Shown: positions 1-7,794 of the stretch, piece after piece
Layout of the letters: every line of letters begins with the position of its first letter
How positions within the stretch are numbered: position 1 is the first letter of the stretch
NCBI GenBank assembly: GCA_035711995.1
Contig: DASTBQ010000110.1
Coordinates: 1 to 57,722 of the forward strand
Direction of reading: 5' to 3'
Source of the DNA: Acidimicrobiia bacterium
Lineage (GTDB): Bacteria; Actinomycetota; Acidimicrobiia; Spongiisociales; ZC4RG35
Length of the DNA stretch: 57,722 nucleotides
Program-made: the position numbers and the translations under genes
The notes under the pieces: generated by a model
What the model saw: only the letters and a program-made list of their open reading frames with translations
Told to the model about the DNA's origin: nothing
The model's database searches: none

Positions 1-74
1 GGTCTCATCGTGTGGAGGCCGGTTACCAGACGGCGGCCCGAGCGCATCGAGCCCCTCTCAAAGCAGATAGACGT

Positions 75-800
75 CTAGAGGGTCAGCCCGTAGGGCAATT
101 CCAACCGGTTCCTGGCCAGGAGTACCGGGTCCGACAGTAGATCTCGGGTTTTTCCATCGGCCACCACCACGCCCTCGTTGACGATCACACTGCGTAGACA
201 CATCTCCAGTGCAAGAGAGAGGTCGTGGGTGACGATCAGCTGGGTCATCTCGAGGGTGAGGAGCCTCGTGATCAGATCCCGCCGTGCGGCGGGGTCGAGC
301 CCTGTAGTCGGCTCGTCGAAGACGAGGATCTCAGGACGCATCGCCAGGACGGTGGCCAGCGACGCTCGCCTCTTCTCACCACCGCTGAGATGATGGGGGG
401 GACGCTCCGCGAGATCGGCAGCGTCTACGTTCTCCAACGCTGTCGCCACGCGCTCATCGAGGTCAGCCCCGGTCAACCCGAGGTTCGCCGGACCGAACGC
501 GACGTCCTCTCCAACAGTCGGCATGAAGAGTTGATCGTTCGGGTCCTGGAACACGAGACCGACACGGCGTCGGATCTCCGCCAGACTTGTGTCGTTCAGT
601 TCCATCCCGGCAATCACCAACGACCCCGCGCTCGCCCTAAGGATCCCGTTCAGATGCAGTGCCAGCGTGGTCTTGCCGGAACCGTTCGGTCCGAGGACCG
701 CCACCCGTTCTCCTTCGCCCACCGTCAGGTCGACACCGCGAAGGGCGACCCGGCCGTCGGGATATGTGAACTCGACATCCTTTAGCTCGATGGTGCTCAT
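75..800 (-). CDS. cbiO: ECF-type cobalt/nickel ABC transporter ATP-binding protein (CbiO/EcfA-like)
   Basis: Walker A GPNGSGKTT, signature LSGGEKRR and Walker B ILVFDEPT are present. Start trimmed to MSTIELKD (ATG 798-800), which overlaps the cbiQ stop as ATGA. The longer ORF-track start (866) would run into cbiQ. Confidence 0.9.
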   Translation of the reverse strand: MSTIELKDVEFTYPDGRVALRGVDLTVGEGERVAVLGPNGSGKTTLALHLNGILRASAGSLVIAGMELNDTSLAEIRRRVGLVFQDPNDQLFMPTVGEDVAFGPANLGLTGADLDERVATALENVDAADLAERPPHHLSGGEKRRASLATVLAMRPEILVFDEPTTGLDPAARRDLITRLLTLEMTQLIVTHDLSLALEMCLRSVIVNEGVVVADGKTRDLLSDPVLLARNRLELPYGLTL

Positions 801-1561
801 CAGTTGACCGTCGCCACCCATGCCACCACCGCAAATAGCCCGACGAGCAGGGCAACAACCGCCCACTGGCCCGGTGTCGCCCGAGGACGCTCCAGTTCCG
901 GCATGACTCCCCGGAAGCCACGTGCGAGCATCGCGGCGTGGACACGCTCGCCTCTTTCGTACGACCTGACGAACAGAGCGCCTGCCGAAGTCGCGATTGG
1001 CCGGGCCTGAGACAACCAGCGCGGGTCATAGCCCCGGGCAGTCATCGCTACCCGCATCCTCCCCAGCTCGTCGGCGATCAGTTCGAGGTAGCGAACCATG
1101 AACATCATGATCGCGGTGAACACTGCCGGAACCCGGAGCACCCCAAGCCCACGCATGATGTCGGCGACCTCGGTTGTGGACGTGAGGATGATCGTCATGG
1201 TGGCGCCGAGCACAGCTTTGACGAGGATGTTCCATGTCGCCCACAACCCGTCTACGGACAGATCCATCCCGAGGACCTCTGTGGTCTCGCCTGTCCCCAC
1301 GAACGGGACGAAGAGCGCGAAGATCACGAACGGGGCTATCGCGGCCAGACGAACGAGGACGAACCGCGGCGGGATGCGGGCGATCGAGATCAGGAAGGTC
1401 GCCACAGCCGCGTAGACCGCGAACGCCCAGACGGAATAGCGCGACGTGACCGCGATGCACGACACCGCTCCCAGCGTGGCGACGATCTTGGCTTCGGGAG
1501 CTAGATGATGGAGCGGAGTGTGCTCATGGATGTACAGGGCGTGGACATGACCTGCGCCCAT
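800..1561 (-). CDS. cbiQ: ECF transporter transmembrane (T) component, CbiQ family
   Basis: 253-aa polytopic membrane protein with a CbiQ-like ARGY...RW/ERGERV region. It sits between cbiM and cbiO and is only 3 nt from the cbiM stop. Confidence 0.85.
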   Translation of the reverse strand: MGAGHVHALYIHEHTPLHHLAPEAKIVATLGAVSCIAVTSRYSVWAFAVYAAVATFLISIARIPPRFVLVRLAAIAPFVIFALFVPFVGTGETTEVLGMDLSVDGLWATWNILVKAVLGATMTIILTSTTEVADIMRGLGVLRVPAVFTAIMMFMVRYLELIADELGRMRVAMTARGYDPRWLSQARPIATSAGALFVRSYERGERVHAAMLARGFRGVMPELERPRATPGQWAVVALLVGLFAVVAWVATVN

Positions 1562-1564
1562 CGC

Positions 1565-2563
1565 TCAGACCGGGGCCGGATCGCCGCGGCGTCGATCCCG
1601 CATCGCGTAGAAGATCCCAAAGGCAACGGCGAGGGTCACCAGCGTCCCCACGATGCCGGCGATCGCCAGGCTGAGTTTCTCGTTCGAGATACCCGACATT
1701 GCGTAGTCAGCGAAGATCGATTCGGCGAGGGAATGGTCGGTTGCTGTGTCGATGAACCCGGTGTCTTCTGCGACTCTCTCGAGCCCATCTGGGTCCGACG
1801 CGGCGAACTGACTGATCACTGCGGCAAACACCAGAGCGACGAGTGTCCCTCCGATGACGAAGGTCCTGGTCTTGGCGAGTTTCTGCTCGCTCAGCCGCCC
1901 ACGGTCGAGGTCCTGGGCGCCATAGACGAGATCGGGCCGGGAAGAGAGCACGGCTCCGACCGCGAGAGCGCTGATGATCCCCTCACCGATACCGATCAAT
2001 GCGTGCACACCGACCATCGATGCGAAGACGGTATCGAAGGGGACGGGCGCGGTAGCACCGAAGAGCCACTCGATCGAGAAGGCGACCGCAGCCATCACCA
2101 CCGACGCCCAGGCGGCAAGAGCGGTGGAACCGATCACACCCCCGCTGTTCGCCGGGAACACCTTCCGAAACAGACGGAAGACGGCGTAGCCCCCATAAGC
2201 GGGGACGATCGCCATGTTCATCACGTTGTACCCGAGGGCGGTCAGACCTCCGTCGGCGAACACCAGGGCCTGGACAACCACGACGATCGTGACCACGACA
2301 GCCCCGACCGAGGGCCCCAACAGAATCGCGGCGAGGGCACCGCCAAGCATGTGACCGGTGGTGCCGGCGGCCACCGGGAAGTTGAACATCTGCGTCGCGA
2401 AGATGAAGGCTGCCGTTATGCCCGCCAAGGGGATGGTCTTGTCGGCCAGCTGATCCTTGGACTGCCGAAGAGCGAATCCGACTATCACGATGGCGATGAT
2501 TGCCGTGACTATCGAAGTCGTGCCGTCGAGAAACCCGTCCGGGGCATGCAGCGCGACAACCAT
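1565..2563 (-). CDS. cbiM: CbiM/NikM-type ECF substrate-capture permease fused to a C-terminal PDGLE domain (a CbiN-like extra TM helix)
   Basis: N-terminus MVVALHAPDGFLDG and FNFPVAAGTTGHMLGG are typical of CbiM. The C-terminal extension contains the SDPDGLERVAEDTGF (PDGLE) motif and a final TM helix. Start set at ATG 2561-2563; the ORF-track start at 2653 would cover the promoter and operator. Confidence 0.85.
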   Translation of the reverse strand: MVVALHAPDGFLDGTTSIVTAIIAIVIVGFALRQSKDQLADKTIPLAGITAAFIFATQMFNFPVAAGTTGHMLGGALAAILLGPSVGAVVVTIVVVVQALVFADGGLTALGYNVMNMAIVPAYGGYAVFRLFRKVFPANSGGVIGSTALAAWASVVMAAVAFSIEWLFGATAPVPFDTVFASMVGVHALIGIGEGIISALAVGAVLSSRPDLVYGAQDLDRGRLSEQKLAKTRTFVIGGTLVALVFAAVISQFAASDPDGLERVAEDTGFIDTATDHSLAESIFADYAMSGISNEKLSLAIAGIVGTLVTLAVAFGIFYAMRDRRRGDPAPV

Positions 2564-2584
2564 GACATTCGACTCTACAAGTAG

Positions 2585-2601
2585 TTGCAAGTGGTTCGCA
2601 A
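2585..2601. promoter_or_regulatory. Nur/Fur-type operator candidate: TTGCAA-N5-TCGCAA inverted repeat in the cbiM / fur-like divergent promoter
   Basis: Read directly from the sequence: TTGCAA (2585-2590), GTGGT, TCGCAA (2596-2601). This matches 11/12 arm positions of the Streptomyces Nur box tTGCaa-N5-ttGCAA. It lies in the 80-bp gap between the two divergent starts. Confidence 0.55.
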
Positions 2602-2643
2602 TTAGATGTTGCTCGCATCTATGACCACTTCTACGATGCGGTC

Positions 2644-3090
2644 GTGGAGGCAACTACCGAACTGAGCGTGGTGCTCAGGGACAACGGATTCCGACTCACC
2701 AGTCCTCGTTGGCTCGTCTGGTCGGTGCTGCGCTCGGCCACAGGCCACCTCACCGCCGATGAGGTGGCGGAACGAGTGAACGCCACCGACCCCACCGTCA
2801 ACATCTCATCCGTATACAGGTCACTGGCTCTCTTCGAAGACCTCGACCTGGTCAGAGAGTCACACCTCGGCATCGACGATTCGGCTCGTTGGGAGATCTC
2901 ACATCCCGACGACCACTTCCACATGGTCTGTGGACGTTGTGGATCCGTCGACCATCACATCGGCGAACTCGTAGACCAGGTCAGATCCCATCTCGCAGAT
3001 CATCACGAATTCACCGCGCAGAACATCGATCTCGTCGTCACAGGTGTCTGCGGCTCGTGCGATGCGAAGTCATCGAGCAAAACCTCATGA
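2644..3090 (+). CDS. Fur-family metalloregulator (Nur/Zur/Fur-like)
   Basis: Winged-helix region with LTSPRWLVWSVL...HLTADEV...ISSVYRSL. Metal-site motifs HPDDHFHMVCGRCG and CGSC are present. GTG start at 2644. The stop overlaps the next gene as ATGA. Confidence 0.85.
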   Translation: MEATTELSVVLRDNGFRLTSPRWLVWSVLRSATGHLTADEVAERVNATDPTVNISSVYRSLALFEDLDLVRESHLGIDDSARWEISHPDDHFHMVCGRCGSVDHHIGELVDQVRSHLADHHEFTAQNIDLVVTGVCGSCDAKSSSKTS

Positions 3091-3962
3091 GCATCTTCAA
3101 TCCGACTCGACCGGCCGAGGCCTTCGACAAGTTTCTCGCGGAAGACGCCCAAACCAGCCGGGAGCAACCGGTGTGGGAGGAGAGCGACGGGGCGATGCCG
3201 GCGCTCTATCTGAGCCACGGTGCGCCGCCCGTCTTCGACGACGCCCATTGGATGAGCCAGCTGTTCGGCTGGTCACAGACGATGCCTAAACCGAAGGCCA
3301 TCCTGATCGTGAGCGCACACTGGGAGTCGGCGCCGTTGAGTCTCTCGTCACCGGAGCCGTCGACGCCCCTGGTCTACGACTTCGGTGGCTTCGCCCCCAT
3401 CTACTACACGATGACCTATCCGACACCGGATGCCTCGGAGCTGACTTCTCGGGTGGCGGCGATGATGCCCGACACCGAGCCGGTCTATCAGCACACCGGT
3501 CGTGGTCTCGACCATGGTGCCTGGGTACCGCTCAAAGTCATGTACCCCTATGCCGACGTCCCGGTCCTGCAGATGAGCATGCCCACCCACGACCCGCATC
3601 GGTTGTTCGACCTGGGGAGGAGGCTTCGGCCTTTGCGCGACGAAGGCGTTCTCGTGATCGGGTCAGGATTCATGACCCATGGTCTGCGACACGCCACAAG
3701 GGAGATGTTCGAGGAGAACCAGGTTCCTGGTTGGTCGGCCGAATTCGACATATGGGTGGCAGAGGCTCTGGCACGGGGCGACCTCGAGACGCTGGCCGAC
3801 TATCACCAGGCGCCCGGGATGCCTTACGCCCATCCCACTGTGGAGCACTTCACGCCCTTGTTCATCGCACTGGGAGCGGCGACCGACCCCGAGGCGGGCC
3901 CGATCACCGTCATCGACGACTTCCAGTTCGGTTTTGCGAAACGGTCTGTCCAATACGCCTGA
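3087..3962 (+). CDS. Class III extradiol ring-cleavage dioxygenase (LigB / YgiD / 4,5-DOPA dioxygenase family)
   Basis: Motifs LYLSHGAPP, ILIVSAHWE, GLDHGAWVPL, VIGSGFMTHG and PTVEHFTPLF. ATG 3087-3089 overlaps the fur-like TGA (3088-3090). The upstream part of ORF 2889-3962 is a frame extension over the fur-like gene. Confidence 0.8.
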   Translation: MSIFNPTRPAEAFDKFLAEDAQTSREQPVWEESDGAMPALYLSHGAPPVFDDAHWMSQLFGWSQTMPKPKAILIVSAHWESAPLSLSSPEPSTPLVYDFGGFAPIYYTMTYPTPDASELTSRVAAMMPDTEPVYQHTGRGLDHGAWVPLKVMYPYADVPVLQMSMPTHDPHRLFDLGRRLRPLRDEGVLVIGSGFMTHGLRHATREMFEENQVPGWSAEFDIWVAEALARGDLETLADYHQAPGMPYAHPTVEHFTPLFIALGAATDPEAGPITVIDDFQFGFAKRSVQYA

Positions 3963-3965
3963 CCG

Positions 3966-4020
3966 ACCGTTCTGTGCGGGTTAGGCCCGACTGTGTCAGC
4001 GTAAACCCGCACAGAACGGT
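3966..4020. terminator. Bidirectional hairpin between convergent genes
   Basis: Perfect 17-bp stem ACCGTTCTGTGCGGGTT / AACCCGCACAGAACGGT with a 21-nt loop. It lies between the dioxygenase stop (3962) and the aminotransferase stop (4025). Confidence 0.6.
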
Positions 4021-4024
4021 TGGA

Positions 4025-5206
4025 TCAGGCGCTGATCAGCCCAACTAGACAACCGTCGAGGATGGCGAGCATCTGATCTATCTCTGCTTCGGTGACGGTC
4101 AGTGCAGGCATGAACCTGAGCGAGTCGGGTCGTGGTGAGTTGAGGAGGAGCCCGTGCTCGAGTGCCGCCGCTACCGTCTCGCCGCCTATCGGGCGACCCA
4201 GGTCGAGAGCCAGCAGCAAGCCACGTCCCCGGACCGATCCGAGACCGTGACGCTGTGACAGCTTCTCGAGCCCGCTGGTCAGGTATCTCCCTTTGGCGAC
4301 CACACCGTCCATGAAACCCTCGCGGCTCAGTTCGTTGAGAACCGCGAGACCGACCGCCGTCATCAGTGGGTTGCCGTTGAACGTCCCACCCTGGTCCCCG
4401 TACTCGAAACAAGATGCCTCTCTGCTGGCCAGCAGAGCCGCGATGGGGACTCCGCCGCCCAGCCCCTTGCCCAGTGTGAGGATGTCAGGCCGGATCCCAG
4501 TGTTCTCGAAGGCAAACAGAGCTCCCGTCCGTCCCATGCCGGTCTGGATCTCGTCGAGGATCAACAGGATGCCGCGCTCGGTGGTCAGGTCGCGAAGACC
4601 CTTCAGGTATTCGTCATCAGCCGGGATCACGCCCGACTCTCCCTGGATCGGCTCGAGCATCACCGCGACCGTGTTGTCCCCGATCGCAGATTCGACGGCG
4701 TCGAGAGCGCCCATCTCCACCTTGGGGAATCCGGGGACCTTCGGCTCGAACAGCTGATCCCACCCAGGTTTACCCGAAGCGGACATCGTGGCAAGGGTCC
4801 GGCCATGAAAACCACCCGCAGTGGTGATGATCTCGTAGGCCCCATTGCGGTGGAGGGCACCCCACTTCCTGGCGAGTTTGATCGCACCCTCGTTTGCCTC
4901 GGCGCCGCTGTTCGTGAAGAAGACCTCGTCCATCCCCGAGACCGCAACGAGTCCATCGGCAAGGTCGAGCATCGGCCGGTTGTAGAAGGCCGGGCTCGGG
5001 CTGATCAGTCGTGATGCCTGGTCCGCGATGGCCTCCACTACCACATCGGGACTGTGCCCGAGACAGTTGACCGCCCAGCCCTGCACGAAGTCGAGGTACT
5101 CACGCCCATCCTCGTCGGTCAACCATGACCCCTTACCGGTCACGAAGACGATCTCGGGACGTCTCGTGATCTCCATCAACGAAGAGAATTGCCCTTTGTC
5201 GGTCAT
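4025..5206 (-). CDS. Class III PLP aminotransferase (acetylornithine/ArgD-like)
   Basis: 393 aa with [50 protein letters not shown] and [10 protein letters not shown] (PLP-Lys region). No other arg genes are nearby, so the physiological substrate is uncertain. Confidence 0.8.
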   Translation of the reverse strand: MTDKGQFSSLMEITRRPEIVFVTGKGSWLTDEDGREYLDFVQGWAVNCLGHSPDVVVEAIADQASRLISPSPAFYNRPMLDLADGLVAVSGMDEVFFTNSGAEANEGAIKLARKWGALHRNGAYEIITTAGGFHGRTLATMSASGKPGWDQLFEPKVPGFPKVEMGALDAVESAIGDNTVAVMLEPIQGESGVIPADDEYLKGLRDLTTERGILLILDEIQTGMGRTGALFAFENTGIRPDILTLGKGLGGGVPIAALLASREASCFEYGDQGGTFNGNPLMTAVGLAVLNELSREGFMDGVVAKGRYLTSGLEKLSQRHGLGSVRGRGLLLALDLGRPIGGETVAAALEHGLLLNSPRPDSLRFMPALTVTEAEIDQMLAILDGCLVGLISA

Positions 5207-5333
5207 GGAGGCACCTTACGGAGTCGAAACGACCGTGAAGCTGGGCCGACTGCGGCCCCCGCTGAAGCTCCGGACCGGGGAACGGGCCGCCGAATCCAAC
5301 GAGGGACGGCTTTCCCCCGCGGGTGTCCCGTGC

Positions 5334-6230
5334 TCAGGAGGTGCGAGTGATCGCCACCAGGTCGTAGGCCACCGAGTAGCCGGGCTGGTCTGCACGGCAC
5401 GTGAGCTGGGTGGGCTCAGAAGCTCGACGCACCTTCACACTGACCTCCACAACTCCGTTCCCCTGACCGAAGACCACATCGGCGTGGTCGTGATCGGTGC
5501 GGCGATAGTCGATCACAACCAGATCCTCGAACCCGGTGATCCCCGCCTCTTGCCTCAGTAAGAACTCGGCTGCCTGGACCAACCGCGGCTGGATACTCCT
5601 TCCCCGGTGGTGCGCCAGGTCGATGCGGCCCGCCTCGTAGCTCGTGACGAGAGTCTCTGCGTCATCGGGAGCGACACGACCGAAGTAGTCGCCTCGGGGG
5701 AGGACGAGCAGATTCCCCGCGAACCTGTCGCCGCCCAGATGCGAAACCTCCCAGGTCCACCTTGGTCGGATCAGTGACAGCGTTCGATACAGAGGACGAC
5801 CCTGGTCCGCACAGCAGATGTCGTGGCGGCCGTGAGTGCACACGAGATAGAGCGGATGGTCGAGAACCTCCCCGGGACCCACATCCCCATCAGCGAGAGC
5901 GGTGAAGTCGACATCCAATAGGATGGAAGGGTCGGAGAGGTCGGCGGAAGCCAAAGAAGGGCCGACCCCGTTCCCCCCCGAATGCGCCTTGAAGAACACA
6001 AGGTCGCTTCGGGACGATCGATGTCGGATGAGCAGGATGCGAACAGGCCCCGCTCGTCGCTGCAGTTCGCGTGCGATGGCCTCGGGAAACTTGCTGTCGG
6101 TCAAGGCGTCGGGACCCCATGCCCCCGGTTGCTCGATAAGGAGCCAAGACGACACGAGTGATGCAGTGGCATAGAGAGGTTCCTCACGAACCAACGCCTC
6201 CGCGGAGCAACGCCAGTCGTCTCGAGTCAA
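5334..6230 (-). CDS. Sucrase/ferredoxin-like (thioredoxin-fold Fe-S) family protein
   Basis: WLLIEQPGAWG, LVCTHGRHDICCA and SHLGGDRFAGNLLVLP are family hallmarks (Cys/His cluster ligands). The TTG start at 6228-6230 overlaps the upstream TGA as TTGA. No alternative start exists before the conserved N-terminus. Confidence 0.8.
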   Translation of the reverse strand: MTRDDWRCSAEALVREEPLYATASLVSSWLLIEQPGAWGPDALTDSKFPEAIARELQRRAGPVRILLIRHRSSRSDLVFFKAHSGGNGVGPSLASADLSDPSILLDVDFTALADGDVGPGEVLDHPLYLVCTHGRHDICCADQGRPLYRTLSLIRPRWTWEVSHLGGDRFAGNLLVLPRGDYFGRVAPDDAETLVTSYEAGRIDLAHHRGRSIQPRLVQAAEFLLRQEAGITGFEDLVVIDYRRTDHDHADVVFGQGNGVVEVSVKVRRASEPTQLTCRADQPGYSVAYDLVAITRTS

Positions 6231-7417
6231 GTCTCGACCTCGAGCAGCCCCTCTCGAATCAGACGACGCACCAGCACGAGACGACCGGGCTCGCCGAGAC
6301 CGGGCAGATCGGAGACCTTGAAACTATCGCCCTCGCAGATCAACCTCATCGCCGGCTCCACCGAAACGGGCATCCGGAGCTCGCGGTCGCCGAGCATGAC
6401 CGATAGCCGCCCGTCGACGATCTCCAACAGACACACCGAACCCGCGCGACGGACGACCTTGGAGTCGTCGCTGACAGCATCGAGGGAGAGGAGCCGGTGG
6501 ATCTGCCCCCTGAGCAGCGCCTGCCTTGTGGTGAGGACCTTGCGTCGAAGCTTCCGGGCAACAACAGTCGGATCCACAGCGACGATCGAAGCCGCGATCT
6601 GATCGAGACGACTCCGAACGTCATCCACGAATTCATCGTCAGCGACGGTGAATCTCAGGGGAAGCGGCGTCTTCATGACGGGGTCAGACTCGACGATCCG
6701 AACCACCTCTTTCAAGACCGCCGCCCATGTGGTGGAGAGGATCCCAATCGTGATGTGCACCGACTCACTGTCTTGTGTAGCCGCTGAATGGGGGAATCCA
6801 GAGGGGATGTACAGCGAGTCGCCCGGCGCCAGCAAGACGTCGATCACTGCCGGCTGGCTGGGAGGGAGATCGTGACGCTCGTGAACCCACCATCGCTTGG
6901 TTCCGTGGGACTGGAGGACGAACACGTCGTGCTCGTCCTCGTGGGCTCCGAAGCCTTGCGCCCCCGGAGGCGTTACGTACGCATTGGCCTGGACGGGATG
7001 ACCAAGTGCCAGCTCCAGTCCCCGGCAGTAGTCGGCGAGCGGAGCCCAGTAACGATGCATGCTCTGGAAAACGATCGTGGCCCCGTTGACGAACTCGTCG
7101 AAGACGGCCCGGGCGTCGATGACGTCCTTTGTCTCATGAGTACCTGTACGGGTCGTCTTCGTGAATCGGCTACCGGGCAGGACCGCGCCATCTTTGACCA
7201 AACGGAACAGGGGGAGACGCAAACCCATGGTCGAAACGATCAGGTCGACATCGTCGAGGGAGAGAAGATCGTCGAAGCCTTCCTGGTCGTGGCCCTTTCG
7301 GTGGTGGGCATGGGTCGCCCACAACTTCTCGGCGAAGAGGTCGGGGTCACCCACGGCTCGGATGAGAGCTTCCCGACCCTCCTGATGTGCCTTGTCCAAG
7401 ATGCTGTGCAGGATCAA
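6227..7417 (-). CDS. JmjC / cupin-4 family Fe(II)/2-oxoglutarate-dependent oxygenase (ribosomal-oxygenase-like)
   Basis: GFGAHEDEHDVFVLQSHGTKRWWV provides the HxD part of the facial triad, and SVHITIG provides the distal His. It has YcfD/RoxA-like length plus a C-terminal winged-helix-like tail. The putative TTG start overlaps the repeat-gene stop (TTGA). The exact start is uncertain. Confidence 0.8.
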   Translation of the reverse strand: MILHSILDKAHQEGREALIRAVGDPDLFAEKLWATHAHHRKGHDQEGFDDLLSLDDVDLIVSTMGLRLPLFRLVKDGAVLPGSRFTKTTRTGTHETKDVIDARAVFDEFVNGATIVFQSMHRYWAPLADYCRGLELALGHPVQANAYVTPPGAQGFGAHEDEHDVFVLQSHGTKRWWVHERHDLPPSQPAVIDVLLAPGDSLYIPSGFPHSAATQDSESVHITIGILSTTWAAVLKEVVRIVESDPVMKTPLPLRFTVADDEFVDDVRSRLDQIAASIVAVDPTVVARKLRRKVLTTRQALLRGQIHRLLSLDAVSDDSKVVRRAGSVCLLEIVDGRLSVMLGDRELRMPVSVEPAMRLICEGDSFKVSDLPGLGEPGRLVLVRRLIREGLLEVET

Positions 7418-7788
7418 CTGTCCCGGGAGTCGCCGTCGGTGCCGTCGACACCGTCACTGTCGCTCGAGTCGACACCATCACTATCAGTGCTACCCACACC
7501 ATCACTGTCGCTCGAGTCGACACCGTCACTGTCGGTCGAATCGACACCATCACTATCAGTGCTATCCACACCATCACTGTCGCTCGAGTCGACACCATCA
7601 CTGTCGGTCGAATCGACACCATCACTAGCAGTGCTATCCACACCATCACTGTCGGTCGAATCGACACCATCACTATCGGTGCCATCCACGGCGTCGCTGT
7701 CTCCGCGATCCGGCTTGGGCTTGTGCTGGCCAACGGTCTCGATGTCGTCGTCGGAAAGGCTTCCGTTCGTGATCTCGTTATCGGTCAA
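7414..7788 (-). CDS. Acidic tandem-repeat protein: about 30-aa N-terminal segment plus 11-12 copies of DSDGVDS(T/S)
   Basis: A GAGGAG SD lies 6 nt upstream of the TTG start. The repeat period of 24 nt is a multiple of 3. Three codon-variant unit classes all encode the same octapeptide in this frame only, including Ser encoded as TCG versus AGC. No signal peptide or TM segment. Confidence 0.75.
   Translation of the reverse strand: MTDNEITNGSLSDDDIETVGQHKPKPDRGDSDAVDGTDSDGVDSTDSDGVDSTASDGVDSTDSDGVDSSDSDGVDSTDSDGVDSTDSDGVDSSDSDGVGSTDSDGVDSSDSDGVDGTDGDSRDS
7435..7701 (-). repeat. 24-bp tandem repeat array (about 11 units, partly organised as a 72-bp super-repeat) inside the acidic repeat gene
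   Basis: Coding-strand unit classes are GATGGTGTCGACTCGAGCGACAGT, GATGGTGTCGATTCGACCGACAGT and GATGGTGTGGATAGCACTGATAGT, read directly from 7456-7695. Confidence 0.95.
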
Positions 7789-7794
7789 TGGTCA

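Noticed and set aside
2564-2643. Cobalamin (B12) riboswitch upstream of cbiM.
   Set aside because: Only about 80 nt are available and they are shared with a divergent promoter. No B12-box-like sequence is present. A Fur/Nur-type operator explains regulation better.
7435-7701. CRISPR array possibility for the regularly spaced repeats.
   Set aside because: The units are directly contiguous with no spacers, the period is 24 bp, the array lies in frame inside a CDS, and no cas genes are in the window.
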